Shown here in pieces: positions 1 through 10,849 of a stretch of DNA of 64,000 bases (positions are counted from its first letter, which is position 1; each line of letters begins with the position of its first letter). Location: the IMG/VR virus record IMGVR_UViG_3300028172_000069; one strand, 5' to 3'. This DNA comes from a virus. Taxonomy: Duplodnaviria; Caudoviricetes. Made by a program: the position numbers and the translations under genes. The notes beneath the pieces were generated by a model, which was given only the letters and a program-made list of their open reading frames with translations, was not told where the DNA came from and searched no databases.

Positions 1-1641
1 GAATTTGGGCATCACCTTCGCTGCGGTGACAGCCAATTCCTTGAAGCCCTTGACGCGCTGAATCTCCTCGATCATGCGCTTCTCACTCCAGTCCGCATAG
101 ACGATACCTGGGAGGGCTTTGAACAGATCACTCAGGCGAGACTCACCGAACTTATCACCGAAGAGCACACTGCCTGCGCCGAGCTTGGCGAGTGTTGCAT
201 TCTTGGCAAGACTGTTACGGATGTTGCGCTCCAGCGTCACGGCTTTGGAGTGACCGAAACGAGGAATCTCCTCGAAGTCGGCTGCCGTGGCGTTGATGAT
301 CTTCTTGATCGTGGTGAAGCCATTGTCGATCAGAATGTCGATGGTGCCACGCTTCAATCCATCCACTTCAAGGGCCGTGAAGAAGTTGAGCAGCGACTTG
401 GCTTTACGGTCGTCACCGCCTTCAACAGCGTAATAATGCACACCATCAGACTCGAACGCGACACTTGGCTGTGCAGGCTTCTTGGCGGCCTTGACAACTT
501 CCACGATGTACGGAATCACGTCACCAGAGCGCACGCAACGAATGATTGCACCCTTGTTGATCGGGCGTGGCTCGTATGGAATCTTGGAGTCTTTGAGTTT
601 CGACGTGTAGCCGTGCTCGATGTAGAACCCGTTGTGCCCAGTGAAGTGCTCGACCATGACTCCGCCAATGCGAGTTGGCTTGATCAGGATGCGTGGTGCC
701 AAGCGACCATAGCGCGACTCGTTGAACTCGACGTCCAGCACAGGTACTTCCACAGCAGCTTCCAGATCGTTGATCTTGAAGGCGAAGGAATGTGTTGGAT
801 ACTTACCGACAACGGTGTACGAGCGGTCTTGTGCAACCACGATGCCGTCGATTGCACGCTTGGCGCGAGTGCGACGGATGTTCAGGAGATTCGTGAGGAT
901 GGTCTCGTTGAGTTTCGGGTAGACCTTGTGTGGTACTACGTCGAAGCCCAGAGCTTTGAGGTATGCGAACTGCTTGGAGGGTGCAACGCGAGCATTTGGA
1001 CCAGCCATGATTTCGTGCGCAATGCACTTGACCTTGGTGATCGCAGTCGTCGGTTGGTTACGGTTGAGCAGGCCACCAGCGCCGTTACGCGGGTTGTCGT
1101 ACTCGCCACCGTTCTCCTTGTTGAAATGTCGATTGAAGGTCTGCTCACTCATGGTGAACTCGACACGCACAATCAGGTCTTTCGGCTTGACGCGATGCGG
1201 CACTTTCAACGCCGGGATTACTCCAGACGAATCAGTGCCGATCTTACCGTCACCGCGCTGTACTGCCTTCACCAGCACATGGTTTTCATACACCAACTGC
1301 AGGCTGATGCCGTCTTCCTTGTCGCTGACAACGAATGGGCCTTTTTCCAAGAACGCCAAAAGCCCGGACGAGCCGGGCTTGAGTTTGCTAAGACTACCCA
1401 TGGCAACGGCCAGCTTAGTGCGGCGCGCTACATGAGTGGATTTGGAGCCGACGCGAGCATACGGCTTCTTGGCGCGTTCGTCGTGAACATCGCGCAGGGT
1501 GTCGTACACTTTGTCGCCTACGCTTGGCTTGTTCTGGTCGTGGTACTCGTAGTCGAACTTTTGGAGGAGCTTACGCAACTCGCCCAGAGTCATACCCTGG
1601 GCTGCTGCTCTTGGATTCCGTTTGATCTGCGCGAGGTTCAT
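1..1641 (-). CDS. ligA: NAD+-dependent DNA ligase (C-terminus runs off the window)
   Basis: Absent from the ORF track; translated by hand from ATG at 1641. Contains YH..P.VGDKVYD (domain Ia), the adenylation motif SDKEDGISLQLVY, the RGDG motif and an HhH-like C-terminal region. Confidence 0.93.
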   Translation of the reverse strand, partial: MNLAQIKRNPRAAAQGMTLGELRKLLQKFDYEYHDQNKPSVGDKVYDTLRDVHDERAKKPYARVGSKSTHVARRTKLAVAMGSLSKLKPGSSGLLAFLEKGPFVVSDKEDGISLQLVYENHVLVKAVQRGDGKIGTDSSGVIPALKVPHRVKPKDLIVRVEFTMSEQTFNRHFNKENGGEYDNPRNGAGGLLNRNQPTTAITKVKCIAHEIMAGPNARVAPSKQFAYLKALGFDVVPHKVYPKLNETILTNLLNIRRTRAKRAIDGIVVAQDRSYTVVGKYPTHSFAFKINDLEAAVEVPVLDVEFNESRYGRLAPRILIKPTRIGGVMVEHFTGHNGFYIEHGYTSKLKDSKIPYEPRPINKGAIIRCVRSGDVIPYIVEVVKAAKKPAQPSVAFESDGVHYYAVEGGDDRKAKSLLNFFTALEVDGLKRGTIDILIDNGFTTIKKIINATAADFEEIPRFGHSKAVTLERNIRNSLAKNATLAKLGAGSVLFGDKFGESRLSDLFKALPGIVYADWSEKRMIEEIQRVKGFKELAVTAAKVMPKF

Positions 1642-1650
1642 GTGGACTCA

Positions 1651-2841
1651 CTAATCGTGAATGGATGCGGTGGTGAACTTCTTGTTCTTTACAGCTCCAT
1701 TGAAGGCTCGTTTGCCTGCCGCCAACTCCGATTTGGTGGCTTCGCCTTTCACCGATACAGATTTGTAGTTCGCCATATCGACGCCGTCTGCGAGGCGCAA
1801 CTTGCGCACATCCTTCTTCGCTACCGAGTACAGCGCAAACTCGGTGTAGCCTTCGTGCTTTGTGGCATCGACTACAACGAACTCGTTGCTCGGGCGCTTG
1901 GCAGACTGCACGATGGCACCAACTTTCAGCACTTGGCTAGGCTGGTGACCCTTCGGCACTTCAGGCTCGTCCAGAGGAATCTCGTGGATGTCCTCATCGT
2001 CCTCGATTTCATCGTCGTCAATGTCGTGATTGCTGACAAGGTCATCGTGGATATCGCGCTTGATGCGACTTGGCGACTTCGGTGAGATAGCTTCACGTGG
2101 AGCAACCGCAGTTTCCTTGGGCTTGCGAATGCGCGTCTGCTTGGGCTGACCAGCTTTCAGATCGGCGAGAATCACCAAACCCTTCTGCTGTTTGCTCGTT
2201 GGCAGAATGCGTGCACCAGATACAAGCTCCATGTAGGTCTCGTGACTGATGTTGACACGCTGCTCGTTCGGCAGGATAACGAACCCGCCACGGGCTTTGG
2301 TCATGTAACGCAGACCGATGATATCGCCTTCTTGGGTCGTGTACTTGCTACGGCCCTGTTTCAGCGACTTGACTTTGGCACCAGCATGGATGACTTTGCG
2401 CCACTGATAGTTGGCACGGTCATACATGGTGTTTTCCCTGATCGTGCCCGTAGGTTTGAACAGGTCGTCAGTCTGCTTGTCGGAGCTGACCTTGTCACTG
2501 ATGGTCACCTTCTTCACGCGCTTCTGCCCATCGAGAAGCTGGTTGTGCTCAGGCGTTTTGCCTTTGTACTTCACCAGCTTCTTGATGATCTTGTTGATCT
2601 GGGCTTCAGGCACGTTACGGAAGAGGACGTGCAGTGCGTGACCCAGGACAACTTGGTAGTTACCTGCGCCTGAGCCACGAGTCGCTTGCTTCATGCCGAC
2701 CAGCTCGCCCGGACGCACCACGAGAGGGTGCTTCTGGTTGAATTCCTTGTCGGCGCCGAGCTTGACTGATCGGTCACCCTCGAAGGTGTACCAAGTCAGC
2801 GTCGCCAGGTCTTTTACCTTAGCTTCGGCTGTCCACTGCAT
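1651..2841 (-). CDS. hypothetical protein with a basic region and an acidic tract
   Basis: 396-aa ORF co-oriented and tightly packed between neighbours; no recognisable motif. Confidence 0.75.
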   Translation of the reverse strand: MQWTAEAKVKDLATLTWYTFEGDRSVKLGADKEFNQKHPLVVRPGELVGMKQATRGSGAGNYQVVLGHALHVLFRNVPEAQINKIIKKLVKYKGKTPEHNQLLDGQKRVKKVTISDKVSSDKQTDDLFKPTGTIRENTMYDRANYQWRKVIHAGAKVKSLKQGRSKYTTQEGDIIGLRYMTKARGGFVILPNEQRVNISHETYMELVSGARILPTSKQQKGLVILADLKAGQPKQTRIRKPKETAVAPREAISPKSPSRIKRDIHDDLVSNHDIDDDEIEDDEDIHEIPLDEPEVPKGHQPSQVLKVGAIVQSAKRPSNEFVVVDATKHEGYTEFALYSVAKKDVRKLRLADGVDMANYKSVSVKGEATKSELAAGKRAFNGAVKNKKFTTASIHD

Positions 2842-2845
2842 TACA

Positions 2846-3778
2846 TTACTCCATCGGAAGTACAGTCATCTGGAGCGCAACTGCGGCGTGTGCTTGGCCC
2901 GCGTTGGTGATCCGGACATACACCTTGTTGTCACCACCGCTGTTTGCCGACCAGAAGCCGTAGCGACGCGAGACAACTTCACCACCATCTTCAAAGGTGG
3001 TGATGCCGTCGTCTTCCAGCTTGAGGTTACTGGAGGTGAAGGTGTACGGGTTGGTGTCGCTGTACGCTGGGCTGCTGTGCAACTCGACAGTAATGTCGGG
3101 CTGATCCACAGAGAGCTTGAGGATCATCAGCGTTGGGCTAGGCACCTGAATGGTGTTTTGCACGCTGGCGCCTTGACCGACGTTCAGGTAGGTAGAGTTG
3201 AGTACGGAGCGCGCACGCTTACCGCCTGCAGCTTCGCCCCACTTGGCATTACCGTCTTCGCCAACAACAAGCGCAGAGCCTTCGTCAACACCTTCGGTAG
3301 ATGGCAAGCCACTGACCTTGGCCCATACAGCAGCGCCTTCGGCATTGCGAACAATCGCATCACCCGTGGTACCGCCAGCTGGTAGGCCGTCGATCCACTC
3401 ACTGCCGTTTTCACCAACAGCGAGCACCTTACCTTTTTCAACGCCTTCCATCTCTGGCACAAGGCGCAGTTCGTCGATGGAGACCTCGAATTCTTCGCTG
3501 ATGGCCAGCGGAGCTTTGAAGTCGAAGCCAACATACTTGCGGGCGTCAAACTTCTTCCAGGCATCAGCACCCGCTAGGGTTGTACCTGGGATTTCGTACA
3601 GGGTGTTGTCCTCGCGAACGTAGACAAGCATACCCTGCTTTCGTGCTGCTGTTTTGATGGCATCGCGCTCGGCTACGGTTGCGACTGAGCGATAGCCACC
3701 CTTCTGATACACGTCTTCGAGAATATACGGGATACCCGCACTCGAAGGGATGAAAAAGCCGGAGGCATAAAGTGGCAT
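2846..3778 (-). CDS. putative tail fibre/baseplate-associated structural protein
   Basis: SD GGAG before ATG 3778. RKQGMLVYV motif and LPAGGTTG/LPSTEG-type fibre segments; lies downstream of the Ig-repeat fibre gene. Confidence 0.55.
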   Translation of the reverse strand: MPLYASGFFIPSSAGIPYILEDVYQKGGYRSVATVAERDAIKTAARKQGMLVYVREDNTLYEIPGTTLAGADAWKKFDARKYVGFDFKAPLAISEEFEVSIDELRLVPEMEGVEKGKVLAVGENGSEWIDGLPAGGTTGDAIVRNAEGAAVWAKVSGLPSTEGVDEGSALVVGEDGNAKWGEAAGGKRARSVLNSTYLNVGQGASVQNTIQVPSPTLMILKLSVDQPDITVELHSSPAYSDTNPYTFTSSNLKLEDDGITTFEDGGEVVSRRYGFWSANSGGDNKVYVRITNAGQAHAAVALQMTVLPME

Positions 3779-3794
3779 AGCGAACTCCAAGTAA

Positions 3795-3814
3795 GAGGGA
3801 CCCGAAGGCCCCTC
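3795..3814 (-). terminator. UUCG hairpin, possible weak terminator
   Basis: GAGGGGCC-TTCG-GGTCCCTC after the Ig-repeat gene; poor U-tract. Confidence 0.45.
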
Positions 3815-3831
3815 CTGTGATGGTTAACCTA

Positions 3832-6800
3832 TCAAGCGTAAGTAACCTTGAAGGTGACCGCACCCAGGCTATCCCAGTCCGTACGGTACACCAGCCACTG
3901 CTGAGGACCGTTGCCATCGTGGCAATCGTAGGTGACTTCGATTGGGTCGTAGTTGTCGCCAACTTCGCCCTCTGGCGTCCACTGAATACCGCCAAAGCCG
4001 CCCGGTACGTTGATCGCTTGATCGGTGAAGGTCGCACGGCCCAGCGACTTCAAGTGCATGAAGTAGCCATACTGTGCATCGCCGATGTTGATGTTGAACG
4101 TCTCGCCCGAAGTACCCAGCGGCAGGACGTTGGTCATCACCTTGTCACCGAAGTCCTGAATGCCAGACCAGCGAGTGTACGGGATGTTGTACGTCTCGTT
4201 CGTGCCAGTCTTGCCGCCAGTGAAGTCAGTGTCGGAGAACATCGCTACGCCGAAGCGTGGACGATTGTTGCCCGAGACAACGGCTGCTTTCACTGTCAGG
4301 TTCGCAGTTGCCTGCTTGCTCACGCCAGCTGCGGTGTAGTTGAAGGTCAGCACAGTCGCAGTATCCGAAGACACGTTGGCCGCGTTGAAATCACCTTTGG
4401 TCGACTGCGAGAACGAACCGGCCGAAGCAACGCTGGTGCTGTATGTGGCAGTGCTGGTCACATCCTGAGTCGTGGAATCAGTGAAGTTCGCAGTTACCAC
4501 ATACTTGCCAGTGGCGCCCGATGCCAACTGAGTCGGACCCGATACAGTGATCGAAGCCAGCTCAACTGCTTTCTTACCAGTGACCGTCTTATCGGCGGCT
4601 ACGGTGATACCAGCTGCGGTGTAAGTCGCGTGCAGCGGGATTGCAGTGTCAGCACTCAGGTGCTTGACAGCCAGCGTACCATCAGTCGCCAGAGTTGCCA
4701 CAGTGGAGCTGGCAGTTGTCGACCAGGTGGCCAGTACGTCAGAGACGCTGCCGTCAGTCATGGTTACCTTGGCCGAGTAGGTACCGCTGCTATCGCTGTT
4801 CACGGTAGCTGGACCGTTGATAGCGAGCGACGACGGTACTGGTACAACGACGAGCGACACAGACTTCGTGCCGTTGACGGTGCGACCGAACTCGGTATAG
4901 GCGACCTTCACCGTGATGTTGCGGGTAGTGCCACCAGGCTTCTGGTTCGGAGTGAACACGCCAGATGCGTTGATGCTGCCGATTGGATCGCTAGGCGTGG
5001 TGCCTTCAACAGCCCAGGTACCAACTACATCAGCGCTGGTACCGTCAAGGTACGTTACCTTGGCGAGATACTGCGCGCTACCTGCACCGTTCGCAGCGGA
5101 CGAATTCACAGAGTTCGGGCCGGTGATCGCGATGGACGCTGGATAGTTCGTCACGTCATGCACAGCGATGGTCTTCGTCGCGGTAACCGTCACGCCGTCC
5201 AGCGTATACTTGCCAGTCAGGATGGTGTTGATGTTGGTACCCGACTTGTTCTCTTTGGCAGTGAACAGGCCGTTCGCGTCTATGGTACCAGCAGTGCTGG
5301 TGTTGCTCGACAGCCACTCGGTAGCTGGCATCACGACAGTGGTCTGGTCTTCGAAGGTGACGCGCAGTTCGTACTGCTCGGTCTTCAAGGAGTCCACCAC
5401 GGCACCACCGGTGATGCTTGCGCTCACTGGATAAACGGTCTTGTCGCGGACAGTCACGTTCTTCTCAGCGCTCACGGTGATACCAGACGCGGTGTACGAC
5501 GCGCTTACCTTGGTGCTATCATCAGCCTTCAGGTTTGCGTTGGTCGCCAGTGCACCAGTCGTTGGGTTGATGACACCAACAGAGGTCTTCGAGGAAGCCC
5601 AGTCGATTACACCTACCAGCGAGCTGGTACCGTCGGTGAACGTCACGCGCAGCACGTAGTTGCCAGTGTCACCTTCGTCGAGGAAGTCAGGACCTTCTAC
5701 GACAGCCGAAACTGGGTAGTTGGTCGAGTCAGTCACGGTAACGTCCAGCTCGGCACCTACAGTCTTGCCAGCCGCCGTATACGACGCAGTGATCTTGGTC
5801 ACCTTGTTGCCAGTGGTGTCCAGACCGTTCAGCACACCAGTGTTGGCACCGATGGTCGCAGTCGAGATAACCGACGACTTCCAGTTGGTGACTGGCACGA
5901 TGGCCTTGGTCGCATCGGTGAAGGTCACTTCCAGCTGATACGTCTGGCTGGTGTTCTCAGGCAGAGAGTTCGGACCCAGGATACGCGCACTGCTTGGGTA
6001 AACAGTGGTGTCCATGATGGTGATAGTCTTCGCCGAAGCGGTGACAGTCTTGCCATCGAGGGTGTACGACGCGGTCAGCGACGCTGGGGTGTTGACGTCC
6101 ACGTTTGCAGGCGCAGTTACGCGACCCGAAGTGTTGACGCTGGCACCGTTGCCGCCAGTGATCGCCCAGTTACCCGAACGGTTCGAAGTGGTACCATCAG
6201 CAAAGGTAACTGCCAGAGTGTAGTCAGCAGTCGAGCCTTCGTTGATAGTCGCCTGGCCGTTGATGACGGCGCTCACCGGGTAGTTGGTGATATCGCGGAC
6301 GGTAAGCAGCATGTCCGCAGTCACGGTGCGGCCGTACTTGCTCCACGACGCGGCCACAGTAGTGGTACCGTTCGCTTGCAGGTTGACAGCAGCAGTCACC
6401 AGGCCGTTTGCAGCACCGATCGTTGCAGCACCGCTGTTGGTCGAGGTCCAGTTGGTCACTGGCTCGTTCACCTTGGTGCCATCGAGGTAAGTAACCTCGA
6501 ACGTCAGGGTCTGCGTGGTGTTCTCGTTCATCTGGGCGTTGCCCACGACGCGAGCGCTCACCGGGTAGTTGGTGATATCCTTGATCGTGACTTCCAGCTC
6601 GGCGGTTACAGTCTGGCCGAAGGCGGAGTACGATGCAGAGACCTTACCCTTGGTGTCTTGCTGCACGTCGGTAGCTGCGACCAGCTGACCGGTGTTCTTG
6701 TTGATCGTACCCATCGCAGGGTTGGACAGAGCCCAGTTGCTGACGGTGACAACGTTGGTGGTGCCGTTGCTGAACGAAACACGGAACTGGTACTGCGTCA

Positions 6801-8406
6801 CGGTGTTTTCGTTGATTGCCGCCGAGCCGAGGATCACTGCGCTACGTGGGTAGACAGTGGTGTCCTTGACCAGAATCTGACGGCTGCCGTTGACGGTACG
6901 ACCTTCCAGGGTGTACGAAGCGGACAGCGTGGTAGCCTTGTCCTCGAACAGGTTGTTCGGTGCCTCGAAGACGCCGCTGGACGGGTTGATGGTGCCAGCT
7001 TCTTCGTCGCTCGAACGCCAGTCGGTGACTGCAACGTCCTTCTGGGTGCCGTTGGTGAACGTCACGCGCAGAGTGAAGTTGGTCGAGGTACCTTCGTCTA
7101 CTTCTGCAGGACCAACGATCACAGCCGACGAAGGGTAGATGGTGGTGTCGATGCAGCGCACGGTCAGGTTCGCGTCCTTGGTCACGCCGTTGAAAGCGTA
7201 GGTCGCAGCGATGGTCGTGGTCTGATCGGTAGTCAGCTCGCCAACTTCAAGCACACCAGTCTTGCTGTTGAACGTGCCAGCGCCAGGGTTGGACGAGGTG
7301 AAGGTGGTTGGAGTAACACCGGCGCTGGTGCCGTCGTCGAAGTGCGCGATGACCGAGTAGGTCGCAATCGAGTTCTCTTCCAGCTCGTTGACACCCACCA
7401 GTTCGATGCTGGTGAGCACCAGTTTGATGGTCTTGTCGACGATGGTGATATCCACGTACTTCACGCGCAGCTGGCCACTTTCAGGATGAGTCCAGCGCAC
7501 CTCGATGCGCAGCACTTGGTCCTCGTCAATGTCCAGCGACTGGAAGATACCAGTCTGGTTGCTGATGGAGCCGTACGCACCGTTACCGATGACAGCCCAC
7601 GAACCTTGCACGTTGTTCAGCACGCTACCGTCGCTGAACTTCGCATTCGCCTTGAAGGTGAACGGTACGGTCTCGTCCAGCGTGTTGCCTTCTGGGCCAA
7701 CGATTTCCAGTTCGTCGAAGGTTGGACCGTCGTAAACGAGGTCAGCCTTGACTGGGCGACGCCACTCACCGATCCACTCACCGTCTTTAGCACCTGGGCC
7801 AGTGATGGTCAGCACTTCGCCTGGCTTCGGCGTGTTGCTGGTACCAACTTTGGCGAGCCAGGAGTTGACGCCCGTTGCGCCGCGAATCATGGTGATCGGC
7901 AGCTTCGGGTGAGTGTGTGGAAGGGGATCACGCGCATCGCTCATACGCGGATCGTTACCGCCGACAACCACAGGGCTGTCTTGATCGGGCGTATATTCAC
8001 GGTTCAGGATTACGAGGCCACGAACGTCGAGAGTCGCAGCACCTACCTGCGGAACGTCTACTTCACCGAGGTTGAAGCCGCTACTGAAATCCCAATATTG
8101 CTGCTCTGCGATCAGGTCCTCGAAGGTGTCGAGTTCCTGCCAGGTGTTACGGAAGCCCACGGAAGGCAGCGCCGAAGTACGACGCAGGACCTTACCATAG
8201 GAAGCGCTGTCTGGATCAACGACGATCCAGCTGACGTTGAACGGCAGGGTGACGTTGTTGGGTTCCATGAAGGCAACCACAACAATCATGTTCTCACCAT
8301 TGCCGAGCGGCAACTGCACGGGGATTGGGTTCTCCCGTGCAAGGTTGCGGTAGTCAGCGAGCGCCACGGTCTGAGCTACAAACTCAGCGAGTGTTGGCGT
8401 TGGCAT
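3832..8406 (-). CDS. large Ig-like (Big_2-type) repeat tail fibre/virion appendage protein
   Basis: 1524 aa with about 12 repeats of ~95 aa (YPxSAxIxGP...Y.L.VTFxDGT) and an N-terminal DPRMSDARDPLPHTH fibre motif; downstream of the tail sheath gene. Confidence 0.85.
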   Translation of the reverse strand: MPTPTLAEFVAQTVALADYRNLARENPIPVQLPLGNGENMIVVVAFMEPNNVTLPFNVSWIVVDPDSASYGKVLRRTSALPSVGFRNTWQELDTFEDLIAEQQYWDFSSGFNLGEVDVPQVGAATLDVRGLVILNREYTPDQDSPVVVGGNDPRMSDARDPLPHTHPKLPITMIRGATGVNSWLAKVGTSNTPKPGEVLTITGPGAKDGEWIGEWRRPVKADLVYDGPTFDELEIVGPEGNTLDETVPFTFKANAKFSDGSVLNNVQGSWAVIGNGAYGSISNQTGIFQSLDIDEDQVLRIEVRWTHPESGQLRVKYVDITIVDKTIKLVLTSIELVGVNELEENSIATYSVIAHFDDGTSAGVTPTTFTSSNPGAGTFNSKTGVLEVGELTTDQTTTIAATYAFNGVTKDANLTVRCIDTTIYPSSAVIVGPAEVDEGTSTNFTLRVTFTNGTQKDVAVTDWRSSDEEAGTINPSSGVFEAPNNLFEDKATTLSASYTLEGRTVNGSRQILVKDTTVYPRSAVILGSAAINENTVTQYQFRVSFSNGTTNVVTVSNWALSNPAMGTINKNTGQLVAATDVQQDTKGKVSASYSAFGQTVTAELEVTIKDITNYPVSARVVGNAQMNENTTQTLTFEVTYLDGTKVNEPVTNWTSTNSGAATIGAANGLVTAAVNLQANGTTTVAASWSKYGRTVTADMLLTVRDITNYPVSAVINGQATINEGSTADYTLAVTFADGTTSNRSGNWAITGGNGASVNTSGRVTAPANVDVNTPASLTASYTLDGKTVTASAKTITIMDTTVYPSSARILGPNSLPENTSQTYQLEVTFTDATKAIVPVTNWKSSVISTATIGANTGVLNGLDTTGNKVTKITASYTAAGKTVGAELDVTVTDSTNYPVSAVVEGPDFLDEGDTGNYVLRVTFTDGTSSLVGVIDWASSKTSVGVINPTTGALATNANLKADDSTKVSASYTASGITVSAEKNVTVRDKTVYPVSASITGGAVVDSLKTEQYELRVTFEDQTTVVMPATEWLSSNTSTAGTIDANGLFTAKENKSGTNINTILTGKYTLDGVTVTATKTIAVHDVTNYPASIAITGPNSVNSSAANGAGSAQYLAKVTYLDGTSADVVGTWAVEGTTPSDPIGSINASGVFTPNQKPGGTTRNITVKVAYTEFGRTVNGTKSVSLVVVPVPSSLAINGPATVNSDSSGTYSAKVTMTDGSVSDVLATWSTTASSTVATLATDGTLAVKHLSADTAIPLHATYTAAGITVAADKTVTGKKAVELASITVSGPTQLASGATGKYVVTANFTDSTTQDVTSTATYSTSVASAGSFSQSTKGDFNAANVSSDTATVLTFNYTAAGVSKQATANLTVKAAVVSGNNRPRFGVAMFSDTDFTGGKTGTNETYNIPYTRWSGIQDFGDKVMTNVLPLGTSGETFNINIGDAQYGYFMHLKSLGRATFTDQAINVPGGFGGIQWTPEGEVGDNYDPIEVTYDCHDGNGPQQWLVYRTDWDSLGAVTFKVTYA

Positions 8407-8419
8407 AGATGATCTCCGA

Positions 8420-9064
8420 TCAGTTCTGGATGTCCGAAGTGGTCAGCTTGCGCCACCGGGCAGTAGTCGCGCTATCTGCAACCAAGGCGGCGCCCGGAAC
8501 TGGCTGTTCACTACCCGAGACAGTCACGACGCCATTGGCAGTCTTGATCTGGGTAGCTGGCACTTCTTCGTGGGTGTGCGCTTTCGGCGTACGGGCATCG
8601 GAGAGACGCGGGTCACCTTCAGCCACGGCCACAGGGTTGCTCGATACCTGTGGAGCATACGACAGGCGAGCGACGCCCATGATCGAAGTGCTGGCGGCAG
8701 GCACCGGGTTCTGCGTGGTCAGCAGCGCGGTATCGGCGTCATCGTAGAACTGGGTGACGAACACCTCGTCGTAGGTCTCGATGATTTCCCAGGTATGATC
8801 CCGGCCGGTGACCGTGTCAGCTTCCTTGGAGACGCGACGCAGAGCCTTGCGGTAGTTCAGGCTCAGCGGGTCGAAGTCGATCCAAGTCACGTTCAGAGGC
8901 AGCACGAGGGTGCTTGGCTCTTTCTGCGCGCACGCGATCACGGTCACGGTACGGTTGGTTGGATGCGAGAGGCGCACAACGATTGGGTTGAGTGCGTCCA
9001 GGTTCTGGAGATTGGCGGCACTCTGCAGGTCGTCAATCAGAGTTTCCAGGCGTTTTTCAGACAT
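8420..9064 (-). CDS. short paralog of the N-terminal domain of the Ig-repeat fibre
   Basis: Aligns by eye with the first ~190 aa of 3832..8406 (LPLNVTWIDFDP vs LPFNVSWIVVDP; DPRLSDARTPKAHTH vs DPRMSDARDPLPHTH). Confidence 0.8.
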   Translation of the reverse strand: MSEKRLETLIDDLQSAANLQNLDALNPIVVRLSHPTNRTVTVIACAQKEPSTLVLPLNVTWIDFDPLSLNYRKALRRVSKEADTVTGRDHTWEIIETYDEVFVTQFYDDADTALLTTQNPVPAASTSIMGVARLSYAPQVSSNPVAVAEGDPRLSDARTPKAHTHEEVPATQIKTANGVVTVSGSEQPVPGAALVADSATTARWRKLTTSDIQN

Positions 9065-9075
9065 TGCAATGCCCC

Positions 9076-10719
9076 TTAGTTTTCGTCGAAGTACGTGCCA
9101 GTCGGCATGATGTGCGAGGTGAGGTGGACGCGCTTGGCTGGGATCACTGGATCGAGGTACACGTCCAGCATCAGGTCACCATTGGCAATGTCGGCTGCAA
9201 CGTTGTTGCGGCTGTCACACACGGCCTCGAAATCATACAGACCCCGACCTTGTTTGATCGGACGCAGGAAGTCGCCACAGATGTTCACCAGCGACAAGCG
9301 AGTGTAGCTGTCGTTGGGGTTGAAGTTCTCAACGGTGCACGCCGAAGCAATCGACTTCTTGACGTAGTTGACCAGACGGCGGACGTTGATGTTGGAGAAC
9401 GCAGACGCGAACGCTTGCAGAGTCTCCTGGCCCATGATGACGTAGCCACGACCCGGGATGTTGCGAATCGGGTTGATGTGGGCAGCATCGAGAGCGTCAC
9501 GCGCACCTTGGTTGTACTTGGTACGGATGCCGGTGATCTTGATGGTGCCGCGTGCCAGACCAGCAGGGGCGAACCACACCGCACGTTGGTGATCGGTGTA
9601 GGCCATCGCAGCGCACACATGACCAGACGGCGGAATGAAGATGTACTTGTCGTTGTACGTGTCGCGGATTTGCACGAACGGCGCGTACAGGGCTGCGTAG
9701 CTGCTGTCCACGTTGAGCGTGTTCACGGAGTAGTTCACGGCACGTGCCGCTTCGTATTCCTTGTCCGGCACGTCGAGCACCGCCAAGCAGTCAGCACGGT
9801 TCTCGGAAATGCTGACCATCTTGCGCTGGATCGCTGGAATGGTGTAGCCAGCGTTGCACAGGATGTTGACGTCCACGATTTCCGCGTCGGCGAACTCTTC
9901 CCAGGCCGCGATGATCTGCGCGTCAGTTGGGCGAGTACCGTCGCTACCGCCTTTGATGAACTCGAACGCTTCCTTCTTGATCTTCACAGGACCGCAGAAG
10001 GAGTTGTGCTTGACACGGATGTACTTCGAGGACAGGTTGATCGCATCCTCGATGAACATCTGGTTGCCGTTGCCGTCCAGCTCGTATTTCCGGGAGACGT
10101 AGAAGCTCTCCACAGGACGGCTGTTGGCGTTCTTGTAGTTCAGGTAGACGTCCACGTAGAACTTGTACGGATCGTAGTGGCGCTCGTCGCTGATGTCCAC
10201 ACCTGCTGGGCATGCCGGACGAATCTTGATGCTCAGTTGGTCGTTCCACTCGCCTGGGTTGGACGCAACGAAGTATGCAAGGATGCGCTCAACGCCAGCC
10301 TGGTCGGCGGTGAAACCGAGATTGTTCAGGGGATCGTACACGCCCAGAGGAGTGTTGCCACCATCGTCGAACACGGTGACGCGAATCTCAGGGATGTTCT
10401 GAGCCGGGTCATCCACCGTGAAGTATGCACCGGCGGTGAGAGCGTCTTTATTGACGACCCGCAGGAACTTCAGGCGTTTGGTTTGACCCAGGGCTTGGGC
10501 GGCACAGTACAGCGCGAAGCCGTACTTCTGGGCATTGGGTTGCCCAAAGTTGGAACGCAGGTCTTCGTTGTCAAACACATCGGTGATAACACCGACAGGC
10601 CCGATGGACGCTTCACCTACGACGCCGACGATCGAAGTCGCTGCGGCGGTTGCACGGGTGGACATATCCGTTTCGATCGGATACACACCAGCGCTTGGAT
10701 GCACTGCTTTACTGACCAT
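9076..10719 (-). CDS. contractile tail sheath protein
   Basis: 547 aa; N-terminal PSAGVYPIETD, WFAPAGLARG, INPIRNIPGRGYVIMGQETL and INVRRL motifs typical of myovirus sheath proteins. Confidence 0.93.
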   Translation of the reverse strand: MVSKAVHPSAGVYPIETDMSTRATAAATSIVGVVGEASIGPVGVITDVFDNEDLRSNFGQPNAQKYGFALYCAAQALGQTKRLKFLRVVNKDALTAGAYFTVDDPAQNIPEIRVTVFDDGGNTPLGVYDPLNNLGFTADQAGVERILAYFVASNPGEWNDQLSIKIRPACPAGVDISDERHYDPYKFYVDVYLNYKNANSRPVESFYVSRKYELDGNGNQMFIEDAINLSSKYIRVKHNSFCGPVKIKKEAFEFIKGGSDGTRPTDAQIIAAWEEFADAEIVDVNILCNAGYTIPAIQRKMVSISENRADCLAVLDVPDKEYEAARAVNYSVNTLNVDSSYAALYAPFVQIRDTYNDKYIFIPPSGHVCAAMAYTDHQRAVWFAPAGLARGTIKITGIRTKYNQGARDALDAAHINPIRNIPGRGYVIMGQETLQAFASAFSNINVRRLVNYVKKSIASACTVENFNPNDSYTRLSLVNICGDFLRPIKQGRGLYDFEAVCDSRNNVAADIANGDLMLDVYLDPVIPAKRVHLTSHIMPTGTYFDEN

Positions 10720-10815
10720 GTTAGGTCTCCGTCAACAGTTTCTGAATATAGTTGGTATGGAAACACAGGACAACCGTCTATGGTACTTGGCCACGTGACT
10801 GACATTGTACGCTGT

Positions 10816-10824
10816 AAATTAGCA
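10816..10824 (-). promoter_or_regulatory. candidate phage promoter motif TGCTAATTT
   Basis: Motif recurs just upstream of several minus-strand transcription units (see findings). Confidence 0.5.
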
Positions 10825-10849
10825 CACCGTATTCAGGTTGACGGAAACG

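Noticed and set aside
3832-8406. Diversity-generating retroelement target in the fibre gene
   Set aside because: No reverse transcriptase and no adenine-specific TR/VR repeat pair seen in the window.
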